NCBI GenBank assembly: GCA_030739585.1
Contig: JASLYX010000005.1
Coordinates: forward strand, 14,804-78,803
Reading direction: 5' to 3'
DNA: 64,000 nucleotides
Source: Candidatus Bathyarchaeota archaeon
Lineage (GTDB): Archaea; Thermoproteota; Bathyarchaeia; TCS64
Shown here: piece by piece, positions 50,848 through 61,375 of the stretch
How positions within the stretch are numbered: the stretch's first letter is position 1
Layout of the letters: the number at the start of each line of letters is the position of its first letter
The notes under the pieces: model-generated
Told to the model about the DNA's origin: nothing
Databases searched by the model: none
Seen by the model: the letters and a program-made list of their open reading frames with translations, nothing else
Made by a program: the position numbers and the translations under genes

Positions 50848-51068
50848 AACACGCTTATTTATAGATACGGAACTTAAGGCATTAGTCTTTCACTCATTCA
50901 TGGTTACATATCATCGGCCTTTTAGATTGGACACTACAAGACTATACCCATAAACTTAAATATGATAAATGGAAGGAAGGCTAATACTCCAAGTGACCAG
51001 TCATTTTGAGCCTTAGGGACAAGGATCTGAGATGGAAGTACATAATTTAACACGCGAGAGATATCTAT

Positions 51069-51995
51069 ATGTCTAGAAGAAGAGCACAACTCACAAGCGA
51101 GCTGGCCTGCTCCGAATGTGGAGGTGGCAATATTATTCATGATGGTGGATCAGGAGAGATCATCTGTGGTGCCTGTGGCCTTGTCATCACCGACTCTGTG
51201 ATTAACAAAGGCCCTGAGTGGAGGGCCTTCACCCAAACGGAAAAAGAGTCGAGGAGTCGGGTGGGCGTACCCCTCTCCTTCGCAGTTCATGATAAAGGAC
51301 TCACCACCATGATCGGTAGGGTCGGCCGAGACGCCTTCGGACGAAAGATCCCGCTGAAGACGAAGCTCCAGATGCTTAGGCTCAGGAAATGGCAGATTAG
51401 GTCAAGAGTCCACAGCTCAGTGGACAGGAACCTTGCCCAGGCCATGGCAGAGCTAGACAGGCTCACCGACAAACTCCATATACCTCCCTCCATCAAGGAG
51501 AAGGCGGCAGTAATCTACCGAAAGGCTCTCGACAAAGGCCTCGTCAGGGGTCGATCCATCTCCGCTATCGCGGCAGCCTCTCTATACGCCGCCTGCAGGA
51601 CGAGCCAGACCCCCCGGACCCTCCGAGAGCTTTCAACCCACAGCCCTATCGAAAAGAAAGACATTGCTCGATGCTACCGCCTCCTCCTAAGAGAACTCAA
51701 AATCAGGATGCCTATCCCTATGGCCCAACTCAGGGTCCCAAAAATCGCCGCCAAGGTGAACGTCGGGGAATTGACCCAACAGGACGCAGTAAAAATACTC
51801 CGGGAGGCTGAGAGGCTCAAGACAACCGCGGGGAAAGACCCCATGGGTCTAGCAGCTGCTGCCCTCTATATCGCCTGCGTCAGGAACGACGAAAAAAGGA
51901 CTCAGAAGATGATCGCCGACGCCGCTGGGGTCACCGAGGTCACCATCCGGAACCGGTACAAGGGCCTCAAGGAATCATTGAATCTAATAATATAA
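51069..51995 (+). CDS. tfb: transcription initiation factor IIB, paralog 2
   Basis: Zn ribbon CSECGG...CGACG, a GPEWRAF motif and cyclin repeats. Confidence 0.9.
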   Translation: MSRRRAQLTSELACSECGGGNIIHDGGSGEIICGACGLVITDSVINKGPEWRAFTQTEKESRSRVGVPLSFAVHDKGLTTMIGRVGRDAFGRKIPLKTKLQMLRLRKWQIRSRVHSSVDRNLAQAMAELDRLTDKLHIPPSIKEKAAVIYRKALDKGLVRGRSISAIAAASLYAACRTSQTPRTLRELSTHSPIEKKDIARCYRLLLRELKIRMPIPMAQLRVPKIAAKVNVGELTQQDAVKILREAERLKTTAGKDPMGLAAAALYIACVRNDEKRTQKMIADAAGVTEVTIRNRYKGLKESLNLII

Positions 51996-52038
51996 GAACC
52001 TAAATAGCCCCTCCACCTAATTTGGACTGGGAAAAAAA

Positions 52039-53187
52039 GTGTCGGAGTCCAATAACAACCATGAGAGGACCTTAATCCTCTGCATTGATATTGATGACGA
52101 CATCGGAAAAAAGGCTAACGTAAAAACCCCCATTTTGTCAAGAGCTCAGAACCTAGAGGCAGCCGGCATCCTAGCTTTAGCAGACCCTGAAGAGGCAGAC
52201 GCCAACGCCATGTTCGGAGCCGTGAGAATCTACGACAACCTACTAGAAAAGTATCCAAAAGAACACTATCAGATCGCCACAATATCCGGATCGGCTCTAG
52301 GAGGCATCAATGCCGACCGTAAAATAGTGATGGAGTTGGAGAGCATTCTGAAGGAATTCATGGCAACCGGCATAATCCTAGTAACCGACGGTTACTCAGA
52401 CGAGGCGGTTATCCCCCTGATACAGTCCAGGATCCCGATAAACTCGATCCAACATATCGTAGTTAAGCACAGCGAACGCCTCGAGGAAACCTGGGCAGTA
52501 ATTTTCCGCTATCTAAAACAGATGGTGACAGATCCATATTACTCTAAAATAAGCCTCGGAGTACCCGGTGTGATGCTCATTGTGGTTGGGGTCCTCCAGA
52601 TCTTCAATCAGCTCCAGAACGCCGGCATGATACTCACTTTCGTGATAGGCCTGGTTCTGCTCATCAAAGGATTTGGCTGGGAAGAAAAACTCAACATTGT
52701 GAAAATGCGGCTCCCTACTCCTGACCGCCAGATCACAGCTGCCTCCTCGAGCTTCGGGTTCATCCTCATCCTCGTGGGAGGCATAAAGGGGATAAGTAAT
52801 GCATGGAAATATCTCCCTAGCCCCGCTCCTCTCTGGTGGGAAGACTTTGCATGGTGGATTCAACAGTCACCCAGTATCTTAGGCCGTTTTATGCTTGTTG
52901 CTGTCGATCTTATAGTCATCGGGATCATGGCCGCCCTCATAGGGGGCATCGCCGCTAACTACATCAAGAAGGACCCAAAAATCTGGCAAAACGTCGTCGG
53001 GATAATTGTCACCTTTTGGAGCAGGTTTATCGCCCTTGAGTCAGCAAGAGTCCTCATAGATCCTGATAAGACCATTGCTCCCTTCTCTCCCTTAGTCCTT
53101 TATGCTTTAGCTGGAGTTTTGTCGACTATAATCTCGGTATTCCTGATCTACGGATCAGACCGAAAGCTCTATTTCAGTGATACCTGA
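52039..53187 (+). CDS. conserved archaeal membrane protein (DUF373-like): N-terminal soluble domain plus a C-terminal multi-TM domain
   Basis: Hydrophilic N-terminal ~170 aa, then ~6 TM helices; GTG start. Confidence 0.5.
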   Translation: MSESNNNHERTLILCIDIDDDIGKKANVKTPILSRAQNLEAAGILALADPEEADANAMFGAVRIYDNLLEKYPKEHYQIATISGSALGGINADRKIVMELESILKEFMATGIILVTDGYSDEAVIPLIQSRIPINSIQHIVVKHSERLEETWAVIFRYLKQMVTDPYYSKISLGVPGVMLIVVGVLQIFNQLQNAGMILTFVIGLVLLIKGFGWEEKLNIVKMRLPTPDRQITAASSSFGFILILVGGIKGISNAWKYLPSPAPLWWEDFAWWIQQSPSILGRFMLVAVDLIVIGIMAALIGGIAANYIKKDPKIWQNVVGIIVTFWSRFIALESARVLIDPDKTIAPFSPLVLYALAGVLSTIISVFLIYGSDRKLYFSDT

Positions 53188-53241
53188 ATACTGACCGCCA
53201 TGGTTTTATCAAGTGGGCATATGAGGAGGGATTGATAATTT

Positions 53242-54024
53242 ATGCTCCAAGGCTTCCTTTCTGCCATCGGCGTTTATAGGATGTACCGTCAATGGATCCT
53301 CAGTCAAATCGATAAGGAGCGGATACCTGAACATATAGGCATCATTCTAGATGGAAACAGGCGGTGGGCATCGAAAAGATCACTCCTCCAATGGAAGGGC
53401 CACCGAGAGGGGGCTGAGAAAGTACGAAAGTTCATGGAGTGGTGCCTCGACATCGGCATCAACACCGTAACCCTTTACGCCTTGTCCACCGAGAACTTCA
53501 ATAGGTCCAAAGCGGAGGTTGACGAGCTTATGAAGATCTACGAGGAGAACCTCAAAGAACTCATCTCCTCTGAGGCCATCCATAAAAACAGGGTGAACAT
53601 CCGGGCCATCGGCAGGATCAATCTCCTTCCCGAGAAAATAAGATCAATAATCGAAGAGGTGGAGCAAGCAACCAAGGAATATGACCAATTCTACATCAAC
53701 TTTGCCCTTGCTTATGGGGGTAGAGCTGAGATTGTCGATGCGACTAGGGAGATCGCAACTCTAGTGGAGAAAGGGGAGGTCAATCCAGAGAGCATAGATG
53801 AGGTACTCATCGAGAATCACCTCTATACTGCTCATCTTCCACAGCCTAACCCGGATCTTATTATCCGGACCTCGGGGGAAGCCCGCCTCAGTAACTTTTT
53901 GATCTGGCAGGCGGCCTATAGTGAGCTCTTCATCGTAGACGTCTACTGGCCTGACTTTAGGGAGATAGATCTGGCTAGGGCTATTAGAAGCTATCAGAAC
54001 AGACATAGACGATACGGAAAATAG
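53242..54024 (+). CDS. uppS: undecaprenyl (tritrans,polycis) diphosphate synthase
   Basis: HIGIILDGNRRWA and RTSGEARLSNFLIWQ motifs. Confidence 0.9.
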   Translation: MLQGFLSAIGVYRMYRQWILSQIDKERIPEHIGIILDGNRRWASKRSLLQWKGHREGAEKVRKFMEWCLDIGINTVTLYALSTENFNRSKAEVDELMKIYEENLKELISSEAIHKNRVNIRAIGRINLLPEKIRSIIEEVEQATKEYDQFYINFALAYGGRAEIVDATREIATLVEKGEVNPESIDEVLIENHLYTAHLPQPNPDLIIRTSGEARLSNFLIWQAAYSELFIVDVYWPDFREIDLARAIRSYQNRHRRYGK

Positions 54025-54028
54025 TGGC

Positions 54029-55117
54029 TCAGACACGCATCGCGTCCAGATCGGAATCGAAATTTGTGAGCCTCTCGGGACCTGAGGATGTCACCAGAAC
54101 CGTGTCTTCGATCCTCACACCTCCAAAGCCATTCATATAGATCCCAGGTTCATTAGAGACAACGTTCCCTATCGTCAAAGTGTCCCCACTACTTTTGCTG
54201 AGAGAGGGGGGTTCATGGACCTCTAGGCCCACCCCGTGGCCAAGACTATGAAAAAAGTCCTCCCCATGTCCAGCCGTTGTGATGATGTCTCTAGCGATTC
54301 GGTCTACATCGATCCCTCTAGCACCTTCCTTGATCTCCGGGAACGCCGCTGTATTGGCCTCAAGGACGTTCTCGTAGATGGTCCTTTGCTTCTCTGAGGG
54401 GGAACCTATGATGAAGGTCCGGGTGATATCGGAGCAATATTTCTTGTATGTGGCCCCCATGTCGATAGTGACGAAATCTCCTCTCTTTATCTTCCTCCCG
54501 GAGACACCTGCGTGTGGGTATGCTGATCGAGGCCCTGAAGCTACGATGAATGGAAATGAAATATCATTTGCACCTTCCATCCTTATCGCAGAAGCAGCAG
54601 AGGCGGCAACTTCATGCTCCCTCACCCCTTCAGTGAGGAACTCTTGGATCGCCTCCATACCCAAATCTGAAAGCGCCCCAGCACGCTTCATGAACTTTTG
54701 CTCTGACAAGTCCTTCACCTTCCTCATTGCCCATATGAGATCCTGATTCTCTTTTAGCACCACACTTCCAAGCTTTTTTTTAATCATTTGATATTCTATA
54801 AGGGAGAGTTCATCGAAGCCAATCTTTTCCGTTTTAATCTGGTTCAGTTTCTCCACGATCTTGACCTCTTTTTCTTTCCTCTCATATGATTCTATACAGC
54901 AGCCTAAGGCGCTATCTTGGGCTAAGTATAGGTTAAGGCGGGGGGTAAGGAGGATGGGGTGGGTATCAGGGGCTATAATGAGAATCCCGCCACTGTTTGA
55001 GCCAGTGAGGTAAAATATGTTTGGTTCTCGCGTAACTATGTAAGCATCTAACCCCTCAGATTCTAAGGATTTCGAAACTCTTTCGGTTCTCATCTGGTTT
55101 TGTAATTTGGTGTTCAA
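54029..55117 (-). CDS. pepQ: M24-family Xaa-Pro peptidase
   Basis: Creatinase-like N-terminal domain plus a pita-bread domain with HGVGLEVHEPP. Confidence 0.8.
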   Translation of the reverse strand: MNTKLQNQMRTERVSKSLESEGLDAYIVTREPNIFYLTGSNSGGILIIAPDTHPILLTPRLNLYLAQDSALGCCIESYERKEKEVKIVEKLNQIKTEKIGFDELSLIEYQMIKKKLGSVVLKENQDLIWAMRKVKDLSEQKFMKRAGALSDLGMEAIQEFLTEGVREHEVAASAASAIRMEGANDISFPFIVASGPRSAYPHAGVSGRKIKRGDFVTIDMGATYKKYCSDITRTFIIGSPSEKQRTIYENVLEANTAAFPEIKEGARGIDVDRIARDIITTAGHGEDFFHSLGHGVGLEVHEPPSLSKSSGDTLTIGNVVSNEPGIYMNGFGGVRIEDTVLVTSSGPERLTNFDSDLDAMRV

Positions 55118-55366
55118 AGGTATATAATTTAGGCGTTCAAGCTGTTTGTTAACATCAAAAAACTTCAGATCTGGTTATCAAAGGGGATGATGAGCATAAT
55201 CTCGTTGTAATACTTAATAATACCGTATAGGATACCCCATTTAGCGAACATCGGTTTTGAATTGATTAAAGAAATAATGCAATACACACAGGGTAGTCTC
55301 CACTAGAATTAGTTTAAGATATAAACATGCGTTAGATTGAGAAAAAACCTGGTCTGAGGGGTAAAA

Positions 55367-58300
55367 ATGGTGTATATTAACCGGATTGTGTTTAGGAATT
55401 TCAAGTCATTCGGTGGAAGCTTGAAGCTCAGCTTCCAGCAGGGATTCAATGTTATCACGGGGCCAAATGGCAGCGGGAAAAGCAATATCATTGATGCGGT
55501 CCAATTCGTATTTGGGGAGCTGGGATCTAAACGTATGAGGGTCCCCGTTCTTTCAGGTTTGATTTTTGACGGAGCAGGGGATGACAGCGCAAAGCCCCAT
55601 TACGCTCAAGTGACTATTTACTTCAATAATACTGATAGGGCCCTTCCAGTAGATAGGAAGACGGTGAGCGTAGGGAGAAGAGTTGACAGGGAGGGTAAGA
55701 GTAAATATTTCCTCAATGGGAAGCAGACGTCGAGGCGGGCTCTCCTAGACATCCTCATGATGGCGGGAATCAGCCCCGGGGGATATAACATGGTTCTCCA
55801 GGGATTCGCGACCCGCCTTAGCGACCTGACACCATTGGAAAGGATGAATGCCCTCGAGGACCTCGTTGGGATCACAGAATATGATGAGAAAAAGGCCGAG
55901 GCTCAAGTTAGGCTCAATGACGCCGAGAGGAAGATCGAAGTTGCCTCCGCCAAGGGGGATGAAGTTCGCCGTAGAGTGATAGGGCTGGAGCGCGAGAGGA
56001 ACGATGCGATCAGGTCCCGCCTCTTGGAGAGGGAGAAGAAGCGTCTTGAGGGGTACTTACTTTCAGAGCAGATCACTAAGATCGAGACCAACATTGGGGA
56101 CACGAAGCGGAAAATCACCGAGAACCATACAGAGATCGAACGGATCGTGGGGGAGAGAGAGAAGCTATTAGCCAAGCGGGATGAAGCGAGGGCTCGTCTT
56201 GAGGATTTCACAAACGAGGCGTCCGAGAAAAGCAACACAAGGCTCCCAATTATGAAGTCGGAACTTGTGGAGAAAAAGGCGATTAGAAAAGGCCTCGAGA
56301 ACCGTCTGAAGGAACTAGAATCTAAAAAGCTCTCCACCCACAAGAACATAGAGGCGAAACTCAAGGAGATCAATAGATCGAAAGTAGAAAAGAGAGAAAA
56401 GCAAAAGATTCTCAGCGAGCTGAAACGGAAGTTTAAACGGATTGAGCTCAGGATCTCAAAGAGAGAGGAGGACCTCAAGAGCCAGGCCGCTGAGATCGAA
56501 ACTCAAAAGGAGCTTGCGGAGTATAATCTCGGGAGAATAGAGCAGCTGACAGAGGATCTTGTACCGATGCAAGAGAGCCTAAGTGGTCTCGAGATCGAGA
56601 TCAATAAACAGAACGTTAACTTTGCTACGCTTGAGGGTAAAATCGAAAACTTAGAGAGGAAGAAGAGTGATACTCTCATCTCAACATCAAATTTAGGCGA
56701 AAAGATTAGGGAGTACGAAGACCTCAAGAACGATGAAGCTAAAAAGCTCGAGGAGATGCTCGAGAATATTGAGGGTCAGGTAGGGAGACAGAAAGGAATT
56801 CGAGACACCATTCTGGGAGCTAACAAGCTTGCCAAGGAAGCTGAGAACACAATAACCCAGTTCGCAGCTAAGAGGGATCTTTGGAAGAACCTAGTCACTG
56901 AGGAGAAAGCCCAGGCACGAATCATCAAGATGTCTAAAGCCGGAGCTCTCAAAGGATATCACGGGCAGCTAAGGTCTTTAGTGAAGATCGACCTAAAATA
57001 TCAGAAAGCGGCGAACACGGCAGCAAGCGGCTGGAGCACTGCACTGGTTGTTGCTGACGTTGATATTGCGTTCCGATGCATTGAAAGTCTCAAGAAAAAC
57101 AAACTGGGGATGACCCGGTTCATACCTCTGAAAAATATTAGAATACCAGAACCACTTCAAAATATCCATGAATTAGGTGTTGAGGGATATTTGCCTGAGC
57201 TCATAAGATTCACCGAAGAGTATAGAACAGCAGTCTACCTTGTTTGGGGAGACACCTATGTTGCTAAGGATAGGAAATCGGCAATCTCCTTAGCAAATAA
57301 AGGATATCGGGTGGTAACTTTGACCGGAGACCTTTTTGAACCTAAGGGAGGACTCCTAGGAGGGCACTGGAGGCGTTCCCCCGATTTTACCAAACTTATC
57401 CCCAGCGAAGAGTCCGTTCATGATCTCTCCACAACGATCAAGGCATTAAGGAAAAGCCTTTCATCAAAAATGACTGATCTAAAAAAGTCTGGTGGAAGCC
57501 TCAGGGAGTTCACTGAATATATTAATCACTTTAACAACGTCATCGATGGCATCGATTTGCAGGTTAGGGAAACTCTAGAGACGATCGAGAGATACAAGCG
57601 AAACGTCGTCACCATTAATGGGAATATTACCAAGCTTGTCGAGGGAAAAGCAAAGGAGCTAGGCCTTGTTACCGTCCTTGAAAAGCGGAAGGCCAGAACT
57701 GTACATGAAATAGACAGAGCAAAAAAAGAGATCATTCAACTCCGGGGTCTGGGTAATCCCTCCGAGGTTATCCAGCTTGAGAGGTCTTATGACATCTTGG
57801 TAAGGGATACCACTGAACTCGGGAAAAAGAGGTCCTTGCTTCAAACCCAGATCTCAATTCAGAAAAACCATATTGACGGATTTCTCGACCTAAAGACCAC
57901 AGAAATCCAGGACCAGATCAATGGCATGAAAGGAGAAATCAAGGTCATTGAAGAACATATGAAAGGGGGCTCTACGAGAATCTCTGAGGGAAGAACTGAG
58001 ATCGAGGAGCTCCAGGAGGTTCTAAACGGCATAACCTCCGATGTGGAAGAAACGGGGAAGATTCTTGAGCAGCACAGGAGAGCCGTTTCTGGAATCGAAC
58101 GAAACATTGAGAGGCTCGACCAGAGGAGGGTGAATATCGAGAGAAGGACAGGGTCCTTCGAGGTGGAGCTTGAGAGGCTCAGACTCCAAAGCGGACAGCG
58201 CTTCGAAGATCTGTCACGGCTTGGCTTTGAAGTTAGGCTCCAAACTAACGGGATGAATCTCGCCCTGGTGGAGAGGACTCTCCGAAGGATTGAGCAAGAG

Positions 58301-58915
58301 AAACGTGAAATTGGAATGGTGAATCAACTCGCGATCCAAGCCTATGAAGAGGACGCATACAATTACAAAATGCTCAGCGTCAGGATCAACGAGCTCGAGG
58401 AAGAGAAAGGCTCTATCTTGAGATTCGTTGAAAAGGTGGAAAGGGAAAAGACTGAGCAATTCATGGCGGCATACAACGATATCTGCGAAAACTTCTCAGT
58501 TCTTTTCGAGAAGCTAACAGGTGGAGGAGACGGACGCCTTGAGCTCCAGAACCCAGAAAGCCCATTTTCTGAGGGTGTTGACCTTTACGTCCAGTTTCCT
58601 GGGAAGCCTATGAGACTCGCTGCGGGGGCGAGTGGTGGAGAAAGATCGGTGGCCGCAATAGCATACCTCCTCGCTATCCAGAGATTCCTGAAGGCTCCTT
58701 TCTACCTTTTTGATGAAATCGACGCTCATCTTGACGACTTGAACACAGCAAGACTAGCTGATGTCCTAAAGGAGAACGCAATGGAGTCCCAATTCCTTAT
58801 GGTAAGCCTCAAAGATGTGATGGTCCACAACGCCAATAAGATCTACGGGGTCTTCGCGCAGAATGGGCGGAGCCGAGTAGTATCGCTACCGATGAAGGTG
58901 GAGGTACCGGTGTAA
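55367..58915 (+). CDS. smc: chromosome segregation protein SMC
   Basis: N-terminal Walker A GPNGSGKSN, long coiled coils, a hinge, and C-terminal LSGGE-like and Walker B (LFDEIDAHLD) motifs. Confidence 0.95.
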   Translation: MVYINRIVFRNFKSFGGSLKLSFQQGFNVITGPNGSGKSNIIDAVQFVFGELGSKRMRVPVLSGLIFDGAGDDSAKPHYAQVTIYFNNTDRALPVDRKTVSVGRRVDREGKSKYFLNGKQTSRRALLDILMMAGISPGGYNMVLQGFATRLSDLTPLERMNALEDLVGITEYDEKKAEAQVRLNDAERKIEVASAKGDEVRRRVIGLERERNDAIRSRLLEREKKRLEGYLLSEQITKIETNIGDTKRKITENHTEIERIVGEREKLLAKRDEARARLEDFTNEASEKSNTRLPIMKSELVEKKAIRKGLENRLKELESKKLSTHKNIEAKLKEINRSKVEKREKQKILSELKRKFKRIELRISKREEDLKSQAAEIETQKELAEYNLGRIEQLTEDLVPMQESLSGLEIEINKQNVNFATLEGKIENLERKKSDTLISTSNLGEKIREYEDLKNDEAKKLEEMLENIEGQVGRQKGIRDTILGANKLAKEAENTITQFAAKRDLWKNLVTEEKAQARIIKMSKAGALKGYHGQLRSLVKIDLKYQKAANTAASGWSTALVVADVDIAFRCIESLKKNKLGMTRFIPLKNIRIPEPLQNIHELGVEGYLPELIRFTEEYRTAVYLVWGDTYVAKDRKSAISLANKGYRVVTLTGDLFEPKGGLLGGHWRRSPDFTKLIPSEESVHDLSTTIKALRKSLSSKMTDLKKSGGSLREFTEYINHFNNVIDGIDLQVRETLETIERYKRNVVTINGNITKLVEGKAKELGLVTVLEKRKARTVHEIDRAKKEIIQLRGLGNPSEVIQLERSYDILVRDTTELGKKRSLLQTQISIQKNHIDGFLDLKTTEIQDQINGMKGEIKVIEEHMKGGSTRISEGRTEIEELQEVLNGITSDVEETGKILEQHRRAVSGIERNIERLDQRRVNIERRTGSFEVELERLRLQSGQRFEDLSRLGFEVRLQTNGMNLALVERTLRRIEQEKREIGMVNQLAIQAYEEDAYNYKMLSVRINELEEEKGSILRFVEKVEREKTEQFMAAYNDICENFSVLFEKLTGGGDGRLELQNPESPFSEGVDLYVQFPGKPMRLAAGASGGERSVAAIAYLLAIQRFLKAPFYLFDEIDAHLDDLNTARLADVLKENAMESQFLMVSLKDVMVHNANKIYGVFAQNGRSRVVSLPMKVEVPV

Positions 58916-58916
58916 A

Positions 58917-59591
58917 GTGCCGAAGAAGAAGCCATACTACCTCCAAGATCCCTGGGAGATACTCTTTAAGGTCAAAAAGCTGGGGAAGACAAGCCCTTGG
59001 AGCATAGATCTGGTGCATATCCTCACTACCCTTTTAGAGGAGATGCACAAGGTCGGCATTGATTTTAGAATCGCCGGGACAGCTATCAACTCCTCGGTAA
59101 TAATCTACCAAAAAAAGGCTGAGCTTCTCCTCAAGTTAGAGGAGCCTCGGAAGCCCCAGATTGTGAGACCCGACATCTATGTCCCTCCAGCCCTAAATCT
59201 CCCCTTCCGATTCGAGTTTACGAATACTAGCGTCACAGATCTTATTACTGCCTTAGAGAGTGCGCTCACGGAGGATAGGAGGTCATCTCTCCCACGGGTT
59301 CCCGTGCTCCCGGTTCAGATACCAGACTTTCTAGATGTGGAACAGTATCTCCTTGAGGTGGGGGAACGATCGGAGGGACTCTACGAGAGCCTTTTGGAGA
59401 GGGATGGAGGGCCTTTCAGCATCAGGGAACTCATAGAAAACTTGAGTCCTATAGAGAAGGTCCGAATATTCATGATGCTACTGTTTTTGGCCCAGAGTCT
59501 CAAGGTGGATCTCTTTCAGGACGAACAAGAGACCGACATCCGGATTAAAGTCAGAGAGATGAATGATGATCAGCAATATCCAGAACAATAA
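58917..59591 (+). CDS. scpA: segregation and condensation protein A
   Basis: Kleisin N-terminus (SIDLVHIL) directly after smc; GTG start. Confidence 0.8.
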   Translation: MPKKKPYYLQDPWEILFKVKKLGKTSPWSIDLVHILTTLLEEMHKVGIDFRIAGTAINSSVIIYQKKAELLLKLEEPRKPQIVRPDIYVPPALNLPFRFEFTNTSVTDLITALESALTEDRRSSLPRVPVLPVQIPDFLDVEQYLLEVGERSEGLYESLLERDGGPFSIRELIENLSPIEKVRIFMMLLFLAQSLKVDLFQDEQETDIRIKVREMNDDQQYPEQ

Positions 59592-60201
59592 ACGCTTGGC
59601 GATGCTTGAGGCGGCTCTTTATGCTGCAGGGCGTCCGGTTGAACTTAAGAACATGAAAGTAATCGCCAGAACGAAATCGGATAAGGTGATCGCAGGTTTA
59701 ATCCGAGAACTCTCTCTTCGATACGAGGCTCGGAGGAGTGCTTTAGAGGTCATGATCCTGCCAGGAAACAGAGCCGTCATGAGGCTCAAACAGAGGTTTG
59801 ATCATTCGGTGAAGAGATTTACAAAAAGGCCACTTCTCTCAATCGGTCCCCTTAAGACCCTGTCCTACGTTGCCTATAATCAACCTGTACTCCAGGGTCA
59901 GGTTGTGGCGGACAGAGGAAACCACGTCTACTCTCACCTTAAGAGGATGGCGGACATGGGGCTAATCTCCAGAGAGAGAAACGAGAACAGAGCCTATGTG
60001 ATCAAAACAACCCCGTTCTTCGCTGACTATTTCGGTTTTGGCACGGATCCCATGAATACGAAAATACAACTCAGAAGAATATTCAATCAGATAAAAATCC
60101 ACAGACTGGATAACGGAAATGGGGAGAGCGCTGGGCGAAAGACCCTCAATCTGGCTTTCGACGGGAGCACCATCGCAGAGCCCATGGATAAGCTCCCCTA
60201 A
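59563..60201 (+). CDS. scpB: segregation and condensation protein B
   Basis: Two winged-helix repeats; LEAALYAAGRPV motif. Confidence 0.8.
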   Translation: MMISNIQNNKRLAMLEAALYAAGRPVELKNMKVIARTKSDKVIAGLIRELSLRYEARRSALEVMILPGNRAVMRLKQRFDHSVKRFTKRPLLSIGPLKTLSYVAYNQPVLQGQVVADRGNHVYSHLKRMADMGLISRERNENRAYVIKTTPFFADYFGFGTDPMNTKIQLRRIFNQIKIHRLDNGNGESAGRKTLNLAFDGSTIAEPMDKLP

Positions 60202-60314
60202 AAACTGTGGAGAACGCCCCTGAGGAGAACACAAGAATATTCCACACATTTTTATATCCTCCCTAGGTCTAAGTCTAAAGAAAGAGCAGAGCTTTTTACA
60301 CTGAGGAAAAATAG

Positions 60315-60701
60315 ATGGCTTGGCAGAGTGGGATAACAAAGCGAAAAAAGACGGGCGGAAAGAAGAGAGCCTATAGATCCAAGAGGCTTAGGGACGCGGG
60401 TAGCGCTCCATTGCAATCTGAACTGGGAAATACCATTAGGAGGGTGGAGTCTGGGAAGAGTCGCCTCCTCAAGGTGAAGCTATTCTCTGACAATGTTGTC
60501 AACGTCTCCGACCCATCAACAGGGACAACCGAGAGACTTGAGATCCGTGACGTCGTGGAGAACCCTGCAAACATTGACTACAACAGGCGAGGAGTTATCA
60601 CCAAAGGAGCCATCGTGCGTACTGATGAAGGCCTCGCAAAAATAGTCTCAAGACCAGGGCAGCACGGCGTTTTCAATGCAATCGTCATAAAAGAGGAGTA
60701 G
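60315..60701 (+). CDS. rps8e: 30S ribosomal protein S8e
   Basis: MAWQSGITKRKKTGGKKR N-terminus. Confidence 0.85.
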   Translation: MAWQSGITKRKKTGGKKRAYRSKRLRDAGSAPLQSELGNTIRRVESGKSRLLKVKLFSDNVVNVSDPSTGTTERLEIRDVVENPANIDYNRRGVITKGAIVRTDEGLAKIVSRPGQHGVFNAIVIKEE

Positions 60702-60728
60702 TAACATCCCTCATGAGATGAGGCCCCG

Positions 60729-61019
60729 GTGAGGAAAAAACGCAGACTAGTATTCTGGCCAGCTTATTTCGAGTCTAATAATACTAGAGGGGAAGGCCGA
60801 AGAGTGCCCAAGGCACAGGCTATCCGGAGCGTCAGTATTGGTGAGCTCTATAGAGCGGCTGAGGAACTTGAGTTGAACCCGGAATTGAAACCTAGTTCAG
60901 CCTACACAAAAAAGCCATGGGATCGGACAGGATCCGTCATTGTCAATAAGGCTAAGTCGAAAACACTCACCACAACTGAGATCGCGTCGCGGATACGCTC
61001 AAACCGATCCAAAAGATAA
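60729..61019 (+). CDS. srp19: signal recognition particle protein SRP19
   Basis: VFWPAYFESNNTRGEGRRVP N-terminal signature. Confidence 0.8.
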   Translation: MRKKRRLVFWPAYFESNNTRGEGRRVPKAQAIRSVSIGELYRAAEELELNPELKPSSAYTKKPWDRTGSVIVNKAKSKTLTTTEIASRIRSNRSKR

Positions 61020-61061
61020 ATCAATTCGCCCCAGGATAAACGATAATGAAGTGTTAAAAAA

Positions 61062-61337
61062 TTGGTTACACGTAAAGGAGGATCTATAAAGAAAGGCAGT
61101 CAGGTCGGAACGGTGAGTCACATCTCTCGAAGCAGTGGGAACCTTATCCTCGAATCAAGCCGGAACGCCAAGATCGGGGAGACGGTTTTTGATTATAAGG
61201 GTAAGCGGGTTGGCGTTGTCTTTGATGTCTTTGGCCCTGTGAATAAACCATATGCCTCAGTTAGGACGAGGATCAAAAAACCTGAACACCTAATTGGCGC
61301 AGAGTTGTACTCGGGCAGAGGAAAAAGTAGAACCTAG
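61062..61337 (+). CDS. gar1: H/ACA ribonucleoprotein complex subunit Gar1
   Basis: GTVSHISRSSGNLILE...GKRVGVVFDVFGPVNKPY motifs; TTG start. Confidence 0.8.
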   Translation: MVTRKGGSIKKGSQVGTVSHISRSSGNLILESSRNAKIGETVFDYKGKRVGVVFDVFGPVNKPYASVRTRIKKPEHLIGAELYSGRGKSRT

Positions 61338-61375
61338 GGTATCCTATAACGGGTAGAAAGTGTGTTACATCCTAG

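Noticed and set aside
55903-56478. 191-aa Ser/Phe-rich ORF, together with several other 60-190-aa ORFs antisense to smc.
   Set aside because: It is entirely embedded antisense in the well-supported SMC gene. Its low-complexity Ser-rich translation is what one expects from the reverse strand of a Glu/Lys/Arg-rich coiled-coil gene.
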